A DNA stretch of 64,000 nt from an uncultured Bacteroidales bacterium (GTDB lineage: Bacteria; Bacteroidota; Bacteroidia; Bacteroidales; Paludibacteraceae). How positions within the stretch are numbered: the first letter of the stretch is position 1; each line of letters starts with the position of its first letter. The position numbers were made by a program, and so were the translations under genes. A model generated the notes under the pieces. It did not search any database, was not told the DNA's origin, and was given only the letters and a program-made list of their open reading frames with translations. Location of the stretch: contig CADCBP010000002.1 in NCBI GenBank assembly GCA_902799705.1, positions 28,181-92,180 on the forward strand, written 5' to 3'. Positions 34,131 through 44,076 of this stretch are shown here, one piece after another.

Positions 34131-35315
34131 ATGGCCGCTAATTTCATCGACTACGTCAAGATCTACTGCCGCTCCGGAAAGGGCGGCGCGGGTTGCATGC
34201 ACCTTCATCGTGCGAAATATCTGCCGAAAGGCGGACCTGACGGAGGTGACGGCGGTAAAGGCGGATCGATTATCCTGGAGGGTAACCGGAACCTCTGGAC
34301 GTTGCTGCACCTGAAGTACCAGAAGCATATCATGGCTACGGATGGCGGCAAGGGCGGTCAGAGCCGCTCGTTCGGCAAAGACGGCGAGGATAAGATCATC
34401 GAAGTGCCGTGCGGCACGGTGGTTTATGACGGCGAGACGGGTGAATACATCTGTGAGGTGAAAGAGCATAAAGAGCGCGTAGTGCTGCTCAAAGGCGGTC
34501 GCGGAGGCTTGGGCAACTGGCATTTCCGTACGGCCACGAATCAGGCACCGCGTTATGCCCAGCCCGGCGAACCCGCGCAGGAACGCACGGTAATCATGCA
34601 ACTCAAAGTGTTGGCTGATGTCGGTCTTGTCGGTTTCCCCAATGCCGGTAAGTCCACGCTGCTCAGCGTCGTCTCAGCTGCCAAACCCGAGATAGCCGAC
34701 TATCCGTTCACCACCCTTACGCCGCAACTGGGCATCGTCTCCTACCGAGACGGCCGGTCGTTCTGTATGGCTGATATCCCCGGTATCATCGAAGGCGCGA
34801 GTGAAGGAAAGGGTCTCGGATTAAGGTTCCTGCGGCATATAGAACGCAACGCGGTGCTGCTGTTCATGGTGCCGGCCACTTCCCCCGATATCGAGGCGGA
34901 ATATGCTATCCTGCTGCGTGAGTTGGAGCAGTACAACCCAGAATTGCTCACCAAAGCGCGCATCCTGGCTGTCACGAAAACCGACCTGCCGCGCGTGGAC
35001 GATGAAGGCAAAGCCTTGCCGGCCATCAACTATGCGAAGTTAAGCAAGAAACTCGGCATAGAGGTACTGCCTATCTCGTCGGTGGCAGGTGAAGGTATAG
35101 AGGCACTCAAGGATGCTCTATGGGAGGAACTGAACAAAGAGCAGAACCAGGTCATCGAGATATCCCATGCCCCGATAGACGTGACGGTCATCGAGTCCGA
35201 TGCATCCGGCAAGTCCGACCTTTCTGACGAAGACGAAGAGGGCACTATCTATCTCAACGAGGTGGAAGAAGAGTGGGATCTCGACAAGTACAAAGGTATT
35301 GGATGGGATGAATAA
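34131..35315 (+). CDS. obg: GTPase Obg/CgtA
   Basis: 394 aa. Obg fold GGDGGKGG repeats and G-domain motifs [15 protein letters not shown] and TKTD. Confidence 0.93.
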   Translation: MAANFIDYVKIYCRSGKGGAGCMHLHRAKYLPKGGPDGGDGGKGGSIILEGNRNLWTLLHLKYQKHIMATDGGKGGQSRSFGKDGEDKIIEVPCGTVVYDGETGEYICEVKEHKERVVLLKGGRGGLGNWHFRTATNQAPRYAQPGEPAQERTVIMQLKVLADVGLVGFPNAGKSTLLSVVSAAKPEIADYPFTTLTPQLGIVSYRDGRSFCMADIPGIIEGASEGKGLGLRFLRHIERNAVLLFMVPATSPDIEAEYAILLRELEQYNPELLTKARILAVTKTDLPRVDDEGKALPAINYAKLSKKLGIEVLPISSVAGEGIEALKDALWEELNKEQNQVIEISHAPIDVTVIESDASGKSDLSDEDEEGTIYLNEVEEEWDLDKYKGIGWDE

Positions 35316-35345
35316 AGTTGAAAGTTGAAAGGTGAAAGGTGAAGG
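35314..35345. repeat. tandem heptamer repeat AAAGTTG x2, AAAGGTG x2, AAGGCGC
   Basis: Read directly. It overlaps the obg stop (35313-35315) and contains the GTG start (35339) of the ClC ORF. Confidence 0.9.
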
Positions 35346-37150
35346 CGCAGTGGTACGATAGAATGATAGAATGGCGGGAACGTCATTTGAGCGAGAAGCA
35401 CTTGGTGCTCCTCCTGTCTTTCTTCGTAGGCGCTCTTTCCGCCGCTGCCGCCGCACTACTCAAATCGTTCATCCATCTCATCCAGTGGTTGGTAGAAGGG
35501 CAACTGATTGCGGACGGCCGCACGTGGTGGTATCTCATCACTCCGATTATCGGCATTACGCTTGCGGCATTGTTCGTCAAGTATGTTGTGCGGGATGATA
35601 TCTCCCATGGTATCACGAAGATTCTCTATGCCATCTCGCAACGCAAGTCAATCATCAAGGCGCATAACATGTGGTCTTCCATCGTCGGTTCGGGCCTTAC
35701 TATCGGTTTCGGCGGATCTGTCGGAGCGGAGGCTCCTATCGTACTGACCGGTGCCGCTATAGGTTCCAATCTCGCGAAAGCTTTCCGTCTTGACCAGAAG
35801 ACGATGATGCTCATGATCGGTTGCGGAGCCGCCGGTGCCATCGGAGGAATCTTCAAAGCGCCGATAGCCGGACTCGTCTTCACGCTTGAAGTGCTGATGA
35901 TGGATCTGACCATGACATCCGTAGCGCCGTTGCTCATCTCTTCTGTCACAGCGACCGCCCTCTCGTATATCCTTACTGGCACGGAACCGATGTTCCCCTT
36001 GGATAACATCGAAGAATTCGCGGTAGCCCGTATCCCGTGGTATCTGATCTTAGGAGCTGTATGCGGTCTCGCCAGCCTCTATTTTACACGGGGCATGAAT
36101 ACACTTGAGCAATGGATGAAGCACAATGTGCGTTCTACGGGGCTGAAGATTCTTGTCGGAGGGTTGACGCTGAGTTTGCTTATCTTCCTCTTTCCGCCGC
36201 TGTATGGCGAGGGTTATGATGTCATTCGCCAACTCATCAACGGAGATAACCTGAGTGCGTTGCATAACAGTCCGTTCGAGAAATACCTGATTCCTACGGA
36301 GTTCTATGCGGGGCTTTCTTCGCTGAATACACAACTGTTGCTGCTGGTTTATTTCATCGCTATTATCCTGCTGAAGATTGTTGCGTCGGTAGCTACCAAC
36401 GGCGGCGGAGGTGTCGGAGGTATTTTCGCGCCTTCGCTCTTCATGGGTGCGATTGTCGGATTTGTCACCGCGCGTATCATGAATATAGCCGGTCTGATGG
36501 TGCCCGAAACGAGTTTTGCATTGGTGGGTATGGCAGGACTGATGTCCGGCGTCATGCATGCCCCGCTGACGGGTATCTTCCTTATCGCCGAACTGACCGG
36601 CGGCTATCATCTGTTCATGCCGCTGATGATTGTGAGCGTCATCTCGTATCTGACCATCATGCTCTTCGAACCTCACTCATTGTACGCGATGCGTCTGGCG
36701 CAGAAAGGCGAACTGCTCACGCATAACAAAGACCGCAATGTGCTTACGCTGCTGAAGATGGACAGCGTGCTCGAGACGGATTTCGTGACGGTATTTCCGG
36801 AGATGACCCTTGGACAACTCGTGCAAGTCATTTCGGCCAGCAAGCGTAATATCTTCCCTGTCATCGACAAGGACGGTCACCTGCGCGGAATATTATTGCT
36901 GGATGAGGTTCGGAATATCATGTTCCAGCCGCGGTTGTACAAGCGCTTCACAGTGGAGCAACTCATGACTTCTCCGCCCGCGGTGCTGCGGTATGATCTG
37001 CCGATGGAGAAAGTGATGGAGACATTTGAAGATACCGGAGCATGGAACTTACCGGTAGTGGATGAAGAACGCCGCTATTTGGGCTTTGTGTCCAAATCGA
37101 AGATTTTCAATTCATACCGCCACGTCCTCGTGCATTTCAGTGAGGAGTGA
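35339..37150 (+). CDS. ClC-family voltage-gated chloride channel/antiporter with C-terminal CBS pair
   Basis: 603 aa. GFGGSVGAEAP and GGIFAPSLFMGA selectivity-filter-like motifs plus a CBS pair at the C-terminus. The start is uncertain (GTG 35339 or ATG 35363). Confidence 0.85.
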   Translation: MKAQWYDRMIEWRERHLSEKHLVLLLSFFVGALSAAAAALLKSFIHLIQWLVEGQLIADGRTWWYLITPIIGITLAALFVKYVVRDDISHGITKILYAISQRKSIIKAHNMWSSIVGSGLTIGFGGSVGAEAPIVLTGAAIGSNLAKAFRLDQKTMMLMIGCGAAGAIGGIFKAPIAGLVFTLEVLMMDLTMTSVAPLLISSVTATALSYILTGTEPMFPLDNIEEFAVARIPWYLILGAVCGLASLYFTRGMNTLEQWMKHNVRSTGLKILVGGLTLSLLIFLFPPLYGEGYDVIRQLINGDNLSALHNSPFEKYLIPTEFYAGLSSLNTQLLLLVYFIAIILLKIVASVATNGGGGVGGIFAPSLFMGAIVGFVTARIMNIAGLMVPETSFALVGMAGLMSGVMHAPLTGIFLIAELTGGYHLFMPLMIVSVISYLTIMLFEPHSLYAMRLAQKGELLTHNKDRNVLTLLKMDSVLETDFVTVFPEMTLGQLVQVISASKRNIFPVIDKDGHLRGILLLDEVRNIMFQPRLYKRFTVEQLMTSPPAVLRYDLPMEKVMETFEDTGAWNLPVVDEERRYLGFVSKSKIFNSYRHVLVHFSEE

Positions 37151-37297
37151 TTTGCAGTACTGCAACAGTTCCGCCGCTTCTTTGGCGGAACGCTTATACT
37201 CGTCCATACCCAAGGCTTCTGCCTGCTCCAAGTGCGCGATGATAGACTCCGCACGCTGTATGGCTTCGTCGTATGTGAGTTTATTTTCCTTTTCCAT
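37112..37297 (-). CDS. xseB: exodeoxyribonuclease VII small subunit
   Basis: 61 aa. LTYDEAIQRAESIIAHLEQAEALGMDEYKRSAKEAAELLQYCKSLL fits the XseB helical-hairpin pattern. Confidence 0.7.
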   Translation of the reverse strand: MEKENKLTYDEAIQRAESIIAHLEQAEALGMDEYKRSAKEAAELLQYCKSLLTEMHEDVAV

Positions 37298-38549
37298 GAA
37301 TAATGACCCCTGCGGTATAGAATAATATCTTCATATCGAGCAGCAGCGACATGTTCTCTACATAGACTACGTCTGCATTCAGCCGCTCAATCATCTTCTC
37401 CATCGTATCGGTGTATCCGACTCGGATAGGACCCCAACTGGTCAATCCCGGACGCACCTTGTATATGAGGCAGTAATATGGTGCCTCTTCCATGATTTTC
37501 TCAATAAAATACGGTCTCTCCGGCCGCGGACCCACTATCGACATGTCGCCGCGCAGGATATTCCATAACTGCGGCAGTTCGTCCAAGCGGTATTTGCGCA
37601 GCCATTTGCCTACTTTCGTGATACGAGGGTCGTTATCGAGCGTCAGATGCGGAATGCCGTTCTCTGCATGGTCCACCATCGTGCGGAACTTATAGATATG
37701 AAACGGAATACCGTATAAACCGATGCGTTGCTGCGAGTAGAACACCGGTCCTTTGGATGATAACTTCACCTGTAGCGCAATAATCGCGTAGAGGGGGGAG
37801 AGTAGTGCCATTCCCGTTGCGGAGACAGCGACATCGAAGGCACGCTTGATACATAGTTCCGAATCAGTCATTGTTTGCTCGGTGATGCGAATGAGCGACG
37901 GGCGGTCCAGATGACCGATACGCGCCGCACCGGTGAGCATGTCATATACACGCGGCACCATGCTGATCTCGCAGGAAAGCGGGTATAGTTGCGCGATGAG
38001 TTGGTATAACTGGCTGTCGGTGTATCCATCCGGCAGGTCGATAATCACTTCGTCCTGTTCTCCCGGTATCAATTTTCTTGCCTCTTCCATGGAATGCACA
38101 GTCTTGGTGCGCAGAATTCCGCGGCGACGGGAAAGAAGCGTGATCGTCAGACGCGGGATGTAACTAAGCACGAACTGCATGCCGAAAAGCACAGCCAACG
38201 ACACGAAATAACGCGAGTAATACTCCGTGGGGTCATCGATGATGATGATGAAAAAGAAGATGATGGAGATGATAAGCGCCGATCCGAAAGTACGCATGAA
38301 CTCGCGCCAGAGCGGTTTTTGGAACGGACGCAGATAGTACCCCGAGAGGTAATAAATCACCAGGCAGATTATCGGATATACCATCAGCGGCACCCAGAAA
38401 CTGAAAGCCGGAATCAGCACGTCATCCAATAAGGCGGCGCGTCCGTCATACACCATCCATCGGAAGGCCAGGAAACATATCCAAACCAGTTCGCTACTGA
38501 TGAGGTCCGCTATGAGATACCATAATTGTTGCTTGCGTCGTAAGTTCAT
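37281..38549 (-). CDS. polyprenyl-phosphate glycosyl-1-phosphate transferase (bacterial sugar transferase, WbaP/EpsL-like)
   Basis: IKRAFDVAVSATGMALLSPL...KGPVFYSQQRIGLYGIPFHIYKFRTM...DELPQLWNILRGDMSIVGPRPERP. Start taken at MNLRRKQQ (38549); the alternative upstream start is 38588. Confidence 0.88.
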   Translation of the reverse strand: MNLRRKQQLWYLIADLISSELVWICFLAFRWMVYDGRAALLDDVLIPAFSFWVPLMVYPIICLVIYYLSGYYLRPFQKPLWREFMRTFGSALIISIIFFFIIIIDDPTEYYSRYFVSLAVLFGMQFVLSYIPRLTITLLSRRRGILRTKTVHSMEEARKLIPGEQDEVIIDLPDGYTDSQLYQLIAQLYPLSCEISMVPRVYDMLTGAARIGHLDRPSLIRITEQTMTDSELCIKRAFDVAVSATGMALLSPLYAIIALQVKLSSKGPVFYSQQRIGLYGIPFHIYKFRTMVDHAENGIPHLTLDNDPRITKVGKWLRKYRLDELPQLWNILRGDMSIVGPRPERPYFIEKIMEEAPYYCLIYKVRPGLTSWGPIRVGYTDTMEKMIERLNADVVYVENMSLLLDMKILFYTAGVIIHGKGK

Positions 38550-38559
38550 TCTTTCTTCT

Positions 38560-39171
38560 TCATTCCCGAATAATGCGGAAAGTGCCATCCGCGTTCACCT
38601 TGATAATGCTGCTCGGCTCGCAAGGCACGTCATCTTCTCTCCGGAACCGGCAGACATAGTCTGCGCGGTCTAATACCTCTTGTTCTATCTCGTGATAGAA
38701 TCGGGCTGTCGGATGGCCGCTGATGTTAGCCGATGTGGAGACTATCGGATGTCTCAACTGTTCGCAGAGCGCTCTGCTGAACGGCTCGTGCGTGATGCGA
38801 ATGCCGATTGACCCGTCCTCCGCTATCAGGTTCGCAGCTATATTCCTCGCCCCCGGATAGATGATTGTGAGCGGCTTTTGATCGGAGTGTTCGGAATAAT
38901 CTGAGTTTTCCGAATAATCAGAGGCCTCCAACAATGCCCATGCCGCCTCCGGCACATCCGTCACATAGTAGTTTAATTTCGCCGGGCTATCCAACAACAC
39001 GAGCATCGACTTGCTGTCCTCGCGTTCTTTGAGCGCATAAAGCCGTTTTACAGCCTCAGCATTTGTGGCATCACATCCTATACCCCACACAGTATCCGTA
39101 GGATAAACGATGATTCCACCATCGCGTAGCACCTTCAATGCCGCTTGTATGTCCTCTCTGTCGTAACGCAT
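38560..39171 (-). CDS. tsaC: L-threonylcarbamoyladenylate synthase (TsaC/YrdC/Sua5 family)
   Basis: MRYDREDIQAALKVLRDGGIIVYPTDTVWGIGCDATN...VSTSANISG. The start was trimmed from 39261. It contains the in-frame duplicated segment SDYSENSDYSEH. Confidence 0.85.
   Translation of the reverse strand: MRYDREDIQAALKVLRDGGIIVYPTDTVWGIGCDATNAEAVKRLYALKEREDSKSMLVLLDSPAKLNYYVTDVPEAAWALLEASDYSENSDYSEHSDQKPLTIIYPGARNIAANLIAEDGSIGIRITHEPFSRALCEQLRHPIVSTSANISGHPTARFYHEIEQEVLDRADYVCRFRREDDVPCEPSSIIKVNADGTFRIIRE
38888..38923. repeat. 18-nt tandem duplication inside tsaC
   Basis: gtgttcggaataatctga gttttccgaataatcaga read directly. The minus strand encodes SDYSEN SDYSEH. Confidence 0.85.
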
Positions 39172-39291
39172 TATCTGTAAATTGGAGTGCAAAGGTACTA
39201 TAAAATATTGATTTTGGCAAATAAAGAAGGCAATTTTAAGAATTTTTCTTAAAAAAAACATTACTCACTTGCACAATTGCAAAAAATGTAG

Positions 39292-39299
39292 TACTTTTG
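39292..39299 (+). promoter_or_regulatory. -7 box TACTTTTG upstream of pckA
   Basis: gtagTACTTTTGtacc lies about 77 nt upstream of the ATG at 39376. Confidence 0.5.
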
Positions 39300-39375
39300 T
39301 ACCCGATTTAGTATGTGCGGAAGGCACGCTAAGCCGTTTAACAGTCAGAAAATAACAATTAAATATTTAGCAAAA

Positions 39376-40980
39376 ATGAAAGAATTAGATCTTACCAAGT
39401 ATGGTATCAAGGGCGCAACCGTAATCGCCCACAACCCTTCTTACGAGTATCTGTTCGCTGAGGAGACCAAGCCGGAGCTCACAGGCTACGCTAAAGGTCA
39501 GAACACCGAACTGAACGCAGTAAACGTAATGACCGGTATCTACACCGGACGTTCGCCGAAGGACAAATACATCGTCATGGACGAGAACTCGAAGGACACT
39601 GTTTGGTGGACCAGCGAGGGCTACAAGAACGATAACCACCCGATGTCCGAGGACGTTTGGGCAAAAGTAAAAGAGCTGGCTATCAAAGAGTTGAGCGGCA
39701 AGAACCTCTATGTAGTGGACGCTTTCTGTGGTGCTAACAAAGACACCCGTATGGCCGTTCGTTTCATCGTGGAGGTAGCTTGGCAGGCACACTTCGTTAA
39801 GAACATGTTTATTCAGCCGTCCGAGGAAGAGCTCGCTAACTTTGAGCCGGACTTCGTTATTTACAACGCTTCCCTCGCTAAGGTAGAGAACTACAAAGAG
39901 CTCGGCCTCAACTCCGAGACCTGTGTGGCTTTCAACACCACCAGCCGTGAGCAGGTTATTCTGAACACCTGGTATGGCGGTGAGATGAAGAAAGGTATGT
40001 TCTCCATGATGAACTACTACCTGCCGCTGAAGGGTATCGCTTCGATGCACTGCTCCGCTAACACCGACATGGAGGGTAAGAACACCGCTATCTTCTTCGG
40101 TCTCTCCGGAACCGGTAAGACCACCCTCTCCACCGACCCGAAACGTCTCCTTATCGGTGACGACGAGCACGGATGGGACGATCAGGGTGTCTTCAACTTC
40201 GAGGGCGGTTGCTATGCAAAGGTTATCAACCTCGACAAAGAGTCCGAGCCGGATATCTACGCTGCTATCCGCCGCAATGCGCTGCTCGAGAACGTAACAG
40301 TGGACGCTAACGGCAAGATCGATTTTGCTGACAAGAGCGTAACCGAGAACACCCGTGTTTCCTATCCTATCAACCACATTGAGAAGATCGTTAAACCGAT
40401 CTCTGCAGGTCCTGCAGCGAAGAACGTCATCTTCCTCTCCGCTGATGCTTTCGGCGTTCTGCCTCCTGTATCGATTTTGACTCCGGAGCAAACCAAGTAC
40501 TATTTCCTGAGCGGTTTCACCGCTAAGTTGGCAGGTACCGAGCGTGGTATCACCGAGCCGACTCCGACCTTCTCCGCTTGCTTCGGACAGGCGTTCTTGG
40601 AGCTCCATCCTACCAAATACGCAGAGGAGCTCGTAAAGAAGATGGAGAAATCCGGTGCGAAGGCATACCTCGTTAACACCGGTTGGAACGGTACCGGCAA
40701 GCGTATCTCCATCCGCGACACCCGTGGTATCATTGACGCTATCCTCGGTGGTGACATCCTCACCGCTCCGACGAAGAAGATCCCGTACTTCAACTTCGAG
40801 GTCCCGACAGCACTGCCGGGCGTTGATCCTGCAATCCTTGATCCGCGCGACACCTACAAAGACGCTGCCGAGTGGGAAGTGAAGGCAAAAGACCTCGCAG
40901 CCCGCTTCATCAAGAACTTCGATAAGTACACCTCTAACGAGGCAGGCAAGGCACTCGTGGCTGCCGGTCCTCAGCTCTGA
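39376..40980 (+). CDS. pckA: phosphoenolpyruvate carboxykinase (ATP)
   Basis: [11 protein letters not shown]...[13 protein letters not shown]...IGDDEHGW. The start was trimmed from 39313. Confidence 0.95.
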   Translation: MKELDLTKYGIKGATVIAHNPSYEYLFAEETKPELTGYAKGQNTELNAVNVMTGIYTGRSPKDKYIVMDENSKDTVWWTSEGYKNDNHPMSEDVWAKVKELAIKELSGKNLYVVDAFCGANKDTRMAVRFIVEVAWQAHFVKNMFIQPSEEELANFEPDFVIYNASLAKVENYKELGLNSETCVAFNTTSREQVILNTWYGGEMKKGMFSMMNYYLPLKGIASMHCSANTDMEGKNTAIFFGLSGTGKTTLSTDPKRLLIGDDEHGWDDQGVFNFEGGCYAKVINLDKESEPDIYAAIRRNALLENVTVDANGKIDFADKSVTENTRVSYPINHIEKIVKPISAGPAAKNVIFLSADAFGVLPPVSILTPEQTKYYFLSGFTAKLAGTERGITEPTPTFSACFGQAFLELHPTKYAEELVKKMEKSGAKAYLVNTGWNGTGKRISIRDTRGIIDAILGGDILTAPTKKIPYFNFEVPTALPGVDPAILDPRDTYKDAAEWEVKAKDLAARFIKNFDKYTSNEAGKALVAAGPQL

Positions 40981-40981
40981 T

Positions 40982-42028
40982 TTGTATCCCCAACAAGTCA
41001 TAGAAGCCCTGCGCCATGTGCGCTATCCGGGGACAGGTAAAGATTTGATAGAGAGCGGGATGCTCGAAGACGATATTCGCATATCGGGTTTCGAGATCTC
41101 GTTCTCGCTTATCTTCCAAAAAGACAACGATCCTTTCCTCAAATCCGTGGTCAAAGCTACGGAAATGGCTTTGCGTACCTATATTAATCCCAATATCGTT
41201 GCGCACATCCACACGAAATTCGTTAAGCAGAACATCCAATCCCCTGTCTCCAATCACCAATCTCCCATACATGCCGAGCATGTCATCGCTATTCATAGCG
41301 GCAAAGGCGGTGTGGGAAAATCCACCGTGACGGCCAATCTGGCGGTGACATTGGCGCAGCAGGGTTATCGCGTCGGACTGCTCGATGCCGATATACACGG
41401 ACCTTCGATGCCGAAGATGTTCCATACCGAAGAGTGCCGGCCTTTCTCTGTAGAAGAGGAAGGACGTACGCTCATCGAACCCATTGAACAATATGGCGTG
41501 AAGATGCTCTCTATCGGTTTCTTTGTGGACCCTTCGCAGGCCGTCATTTGGCGCGGAGGCATGGCATCCAATGCCATCAAACAACTCATAGAGGATGCCC
41601 ATTGGGGCGAACTCGATTATTTCCTGATAGACCTTCCGCCCGGCACAAGTGATATCCATCTTACACTGATATCCGAACTGCAACTCACCGGTGTCATCGT
41701 TGTGACGACACCTCAACCCGTGGCGCTTGTGGATGCCCGCAAAGGTGTGGAAATGTTCAGAAACGAGAAAGTGAATGTGCCTATCCTTGGCTTGATTGAG
41801 AATATGGCATGGTTCACTCCTGCCGAATTGCCGGAGAACAGATATTATATCTTCGGCAAAGATGGCGGTAAGGAATTGGCGGACGAACTGCAAATACCGC
41901 TCTTGGGACAAATACCGCTCGTTCAATCCATCCGTGAGGGCGGAGACGAAGGCACGCCTATCGCCTTGCAGGCAGGTCATCCTGCCGCTGCGGCTTTTGA
42001 GAAGATATGTCGCGCACTACAGAATTAG
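40982..42028 (+). CDS. apbC: Mrp/NBP35/ApbC-family iron-sulfur cluster carrier ATPase
   Basis: 348 aa. The N-terminal DUF59-like VIEALRHVRYPGTGKDLIESGM requires the TTG start at 40982. Deviant Walker A SGKGGVGKSTV and a CxxC-equivalent region are present. Confidence 0.88.
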   Translation: MYPQQVIEALRHVRYPGTGKDLIESGMLEDDIRISGFEISFSLIFQKDNDPFLKSVVKATEMALRTYINPNIVAHIHTKFVKQNIQSPVSNHQSPIHAEHVIAIHSGKGGVGKSTVTANLAVTLAQQGYRVGLLDADIHGPSMPKMFHTEECRPFSVEEEGRTLIEPIEQYGVKMLSIGFFVDPSQAVIWRGGMASNAIKQLIEDAHWGELDYFLIDLPPGTSDIHLTLISELQLTGVIVVTTPQPVALVDARKGVEMFRNEKVNVPILGLIENMAWFTPAELPENRYYIFGKDGGKELADELQIPLLGQIPLVQSIREGGDEGTPIALQAGHPAAAAFEKICRALQN

Positions 42029-43359
42029 GTATAGCACCGGTAAATAAACTGCTTTTTCAGTATGCTATGCCCGCCATCATCGCGATGACGGCCACTTCGC
42101 TGTATAATATCGTGGATTCGATATATATTGGTCATGGTTGCGGAGCGTTGGCCTTTGGGGCTCTCACGGTGGCTAAACCCTTCATGGATATCTGTGCGGC
42201 TTTCGGTAGTCTCGTAGGAGTGGGCGCTTCATCGCTTCTTGCGATATACTTAGGCGAGAAAGACTACGATAAAGCGAATCGTGTTCTGGGTAATGTCATT
42301 GTGATGAATGTCATTCTCTCGGCGATTGTAATGGCAGTTGGACTTGTATGGTTAGACCCTATCCTGTATGCTTTCGGTGCGAGTGCTGACACGATAGTAT
42401 ATGCGCATGAATACATGGAGATAATCCTGTACGGGAATATCCTTACCCATGTCTATTTCGGCCTTAATGCCATGCTCCGCTCTGCCGGTCATCCGCGCTT
42501 CTCGATGACGGCAACAATCGTAGCGGTGGTAGTGAATATCATCCTCGATCCGCTCTTCATTTTCGGAATGGGAATGGGGGTTCGAGGAGCTGCTTTGGCC
42601 ACTGTCATCAGCCAAGGAATAGCAGTCGTTTGGCAGTTCACAAAATTCATGAATAAGAACGAATTAGTTCGATTTCATCGGGGAATTTGGCGACTTAACA
42701 AAGAGATAACTTTTCGTGCTTTGGCCATCGGAATGTCACCTTTTCTCTATAACATTGCGCATTGTTTTGTAGTCATCATAATCAATAATCAATTGAAGAA
42801 TTTCGGAGGCGATATGGCAATTGCTTCGTACGGTGTCATCAATCGTCTAACCTTCGTTTTCGCGATGATGGTGATGGGACTCAATCAAGGTATGCAACCT
42901 ATTGCAGGATACAACTACGGCGCAAAGAAATACGACCGGATGTTAGAGTCGTTCTTCCTCACCTGTCTCTATGCCACCGGCGTGATGGGTATCGTCTTCT
43001 TACTGGGAGAATGTTGCCCGGAGGTGTTAACGCGTATGTTTACGCATGACCCTGTGCTTGTGGCACAAACAATCAAGCCTATGCGTATCATCTGCTCTTC
43101 GATGCTCATCGTCGGTTTCCAGATGGTAACAGGAAACCTTTTTACCTCAATAGGTAAAGCTGGTAAGGCTATTTTCCTGAGTCTTACGCGCCAAGTTCTT
43201 TATTTGATTCCATTGGTAATCTGGATGCCGACGCTTTTTACTGATCCCATCGACGGTGTTTGGTGGGCTATTCCGGCGAGTGACACCCTTTCTGCCATCA
43301 CTGCGATTGTCGTACTTCTTCTTTCACGCCGTAGTCTGCATTTGAAAATGCAGGCATAA
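42007..43359 (+). CDS. MATE-family efflux transporter
   Basis: 450 aa with 12 predicted TM helices. The N-terminus LLFQYAMPAIIAMTATSLYNIVDSIYIG is typical of MATE. Confidence 0.88.
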   Translation: MSRTTELGIAPVNKLLFQYAMPAIIAMTATSLYNIVDSIYIGHGCGALAFGALTVAKPFMDICAAFGSLVGVGASSLLAIYLGEKDYDKANRVLGNVIVMNVILSAIVMAVGLVWLDPILYAFGASADTIVYAHEYMEIILYGNILTHVYFGLNAMLRSAGHPRFSMTATIVAVVVNIILDPLFIFGMGMGVRGAALATVISQGIAVVWQFTKFMNKNELVRFHRGIWRLNKEITFRALAIGMSPFLYNIAHCFVVIIINNQLKNFGGDMAIASYGVINRLTFVFAMMVMGLNQGMQPIAGYNYGAKKYDRMLESFFLTCLYATGVMGIVFLLGECCPEVLTRMFTHDPVLVAQTIKPMRIICSSMLIVGFQMVTGNLFTSIGKAGKAIFLSLTRQVLYLIPLVIWMPTLFTDPIDGVWWAIPASDTLSAITAIVVLLLSRRSLHLKMQA

Positions 43360-43457
43360 AAGTCTTTTTTGTAATTTTATGTGAAGAGAATATATATACT
43401 TTGTATATATATGTAAATTGTTGTATTTTTATATTTGCATATATCATTTTTTTTTCT

Positions 43458-43465
43458 TACCTTTG
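43458..43465 (+). promoter_or_regulatory. -7 box TACCTTTG upstream of the 43495 gene
   Basis: tcTTACCTTTGcgcc lies 30 nt upstream of the ATG. Confidence 0.5.
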
Positions 43466-43494
43466 CGCCCGATTTTGAATAAATTCAAAAAATT

Positions 43495-44046
43495 ATGATA
43501 TACCGATTTACATTTTCGTGTGAGGAAGGCGATCCGGCTTTCCGCCGCGTATTTGAGGCAGACGCTGATGCTACGTTTCTGCAGTTGCACGAAGCCATTC
43601 TGAAAAGTGTAGGTTATCCGGATGACCAGATGACGTCTTTCTTCCTGTGCAACGACGAATGGGAGAAGGGGCAGGAGGTAACGCTTGTAGAGATGGATTC
43701 GAACTTCGAGTATGACAACATGGTGATGAACGAGACGCGTCTGAGTGATTTGATAGAGGAAGTTGGGCAACGCCTGATTTATATCTTCGATCCGATGTTC
43801 GAGCGTTATTTCTTCGGTAGCCTGAAGGAGATCAAGCCGGGTAACATGAACGGCGTAGAATGTGTGGAAAGCAAAGGGAAAGCTCCGAAACAGTTGAAGA
43901 GCGATGATCCTTTAACCGGTGCCGGCGGAAAAGGAGGTGACGACGACTTCATGTTCGATGACGAGTTCAAGGATGAGTTGGACCTCGGCGATATCGATTA
44001 CGAAGGCTTCCAAGACCTCAGTTTTGACGATGGAACGATGTTCTAA
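43495..44046 (+). CDS. acidic hypothetical protein (pRiA4b ORF-3-like / IS1096 TnpR-like domain suspected)
   Basis: 183 aa. MIYRFTFSCEEGDPAFRRVFEADADATFLQLHEAILKSVGYPDDQMTSFF and an acidic tail. The family assignment is from memory only. Confidence 0.4.
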   Translation: MIYRFTFSCEEGDPAFRRVFEADADATFLQLHEAILKSVGYPDDQMTSFFLCNDEWEKGQEVTLVEMDSNFEYDNMVMNETRLSDLIEEVGQRLIYIFDPMFERYFFGSLKEIKPGNMNGVECVESKGKAPKQLKSDDPLTGAGGKGGDDDFMFDDEFKDELDLGDIDYEGFQDLSFDDGTMF

Positions 44047-44048
44047 AG

Positions 44049-44076
44049 CCGAATGCTGACAACGGAATGCTCAAAA
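44049..44076. repeat. 14-nt tandem duplication (CCGAATGCTGACAA / CGGAATGCTCAAAA) carrying two ATGs
   Basis: Read directly, 11/14 identical. The second ATG (44067) is the miaA start. The first (44053) is out of frame. Confidence 0.75.

Noticed and set aside
39385-41001. A 538-aa ORF on the minus strand, antisense to pckA
   Set aside because: The + strand encodes an unmistakable ATP-dependent PEP carboxykinase ([19 protein letters not shown]). The antisense product is low-complexity (Val/Gly/Leu/Arg-rich) with no motifs. Long stop-free antisense frames are expected from the biased codon usage here.
40934-41980. A 348-aa minus-strand ORF mirroring the Mrp/ApbC gene
   Set aside because: The + strand has the deviant Walker A SGKGGVGKSTV and an Mrp-type N-terminal domain. 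The minus product has no recognisable features.
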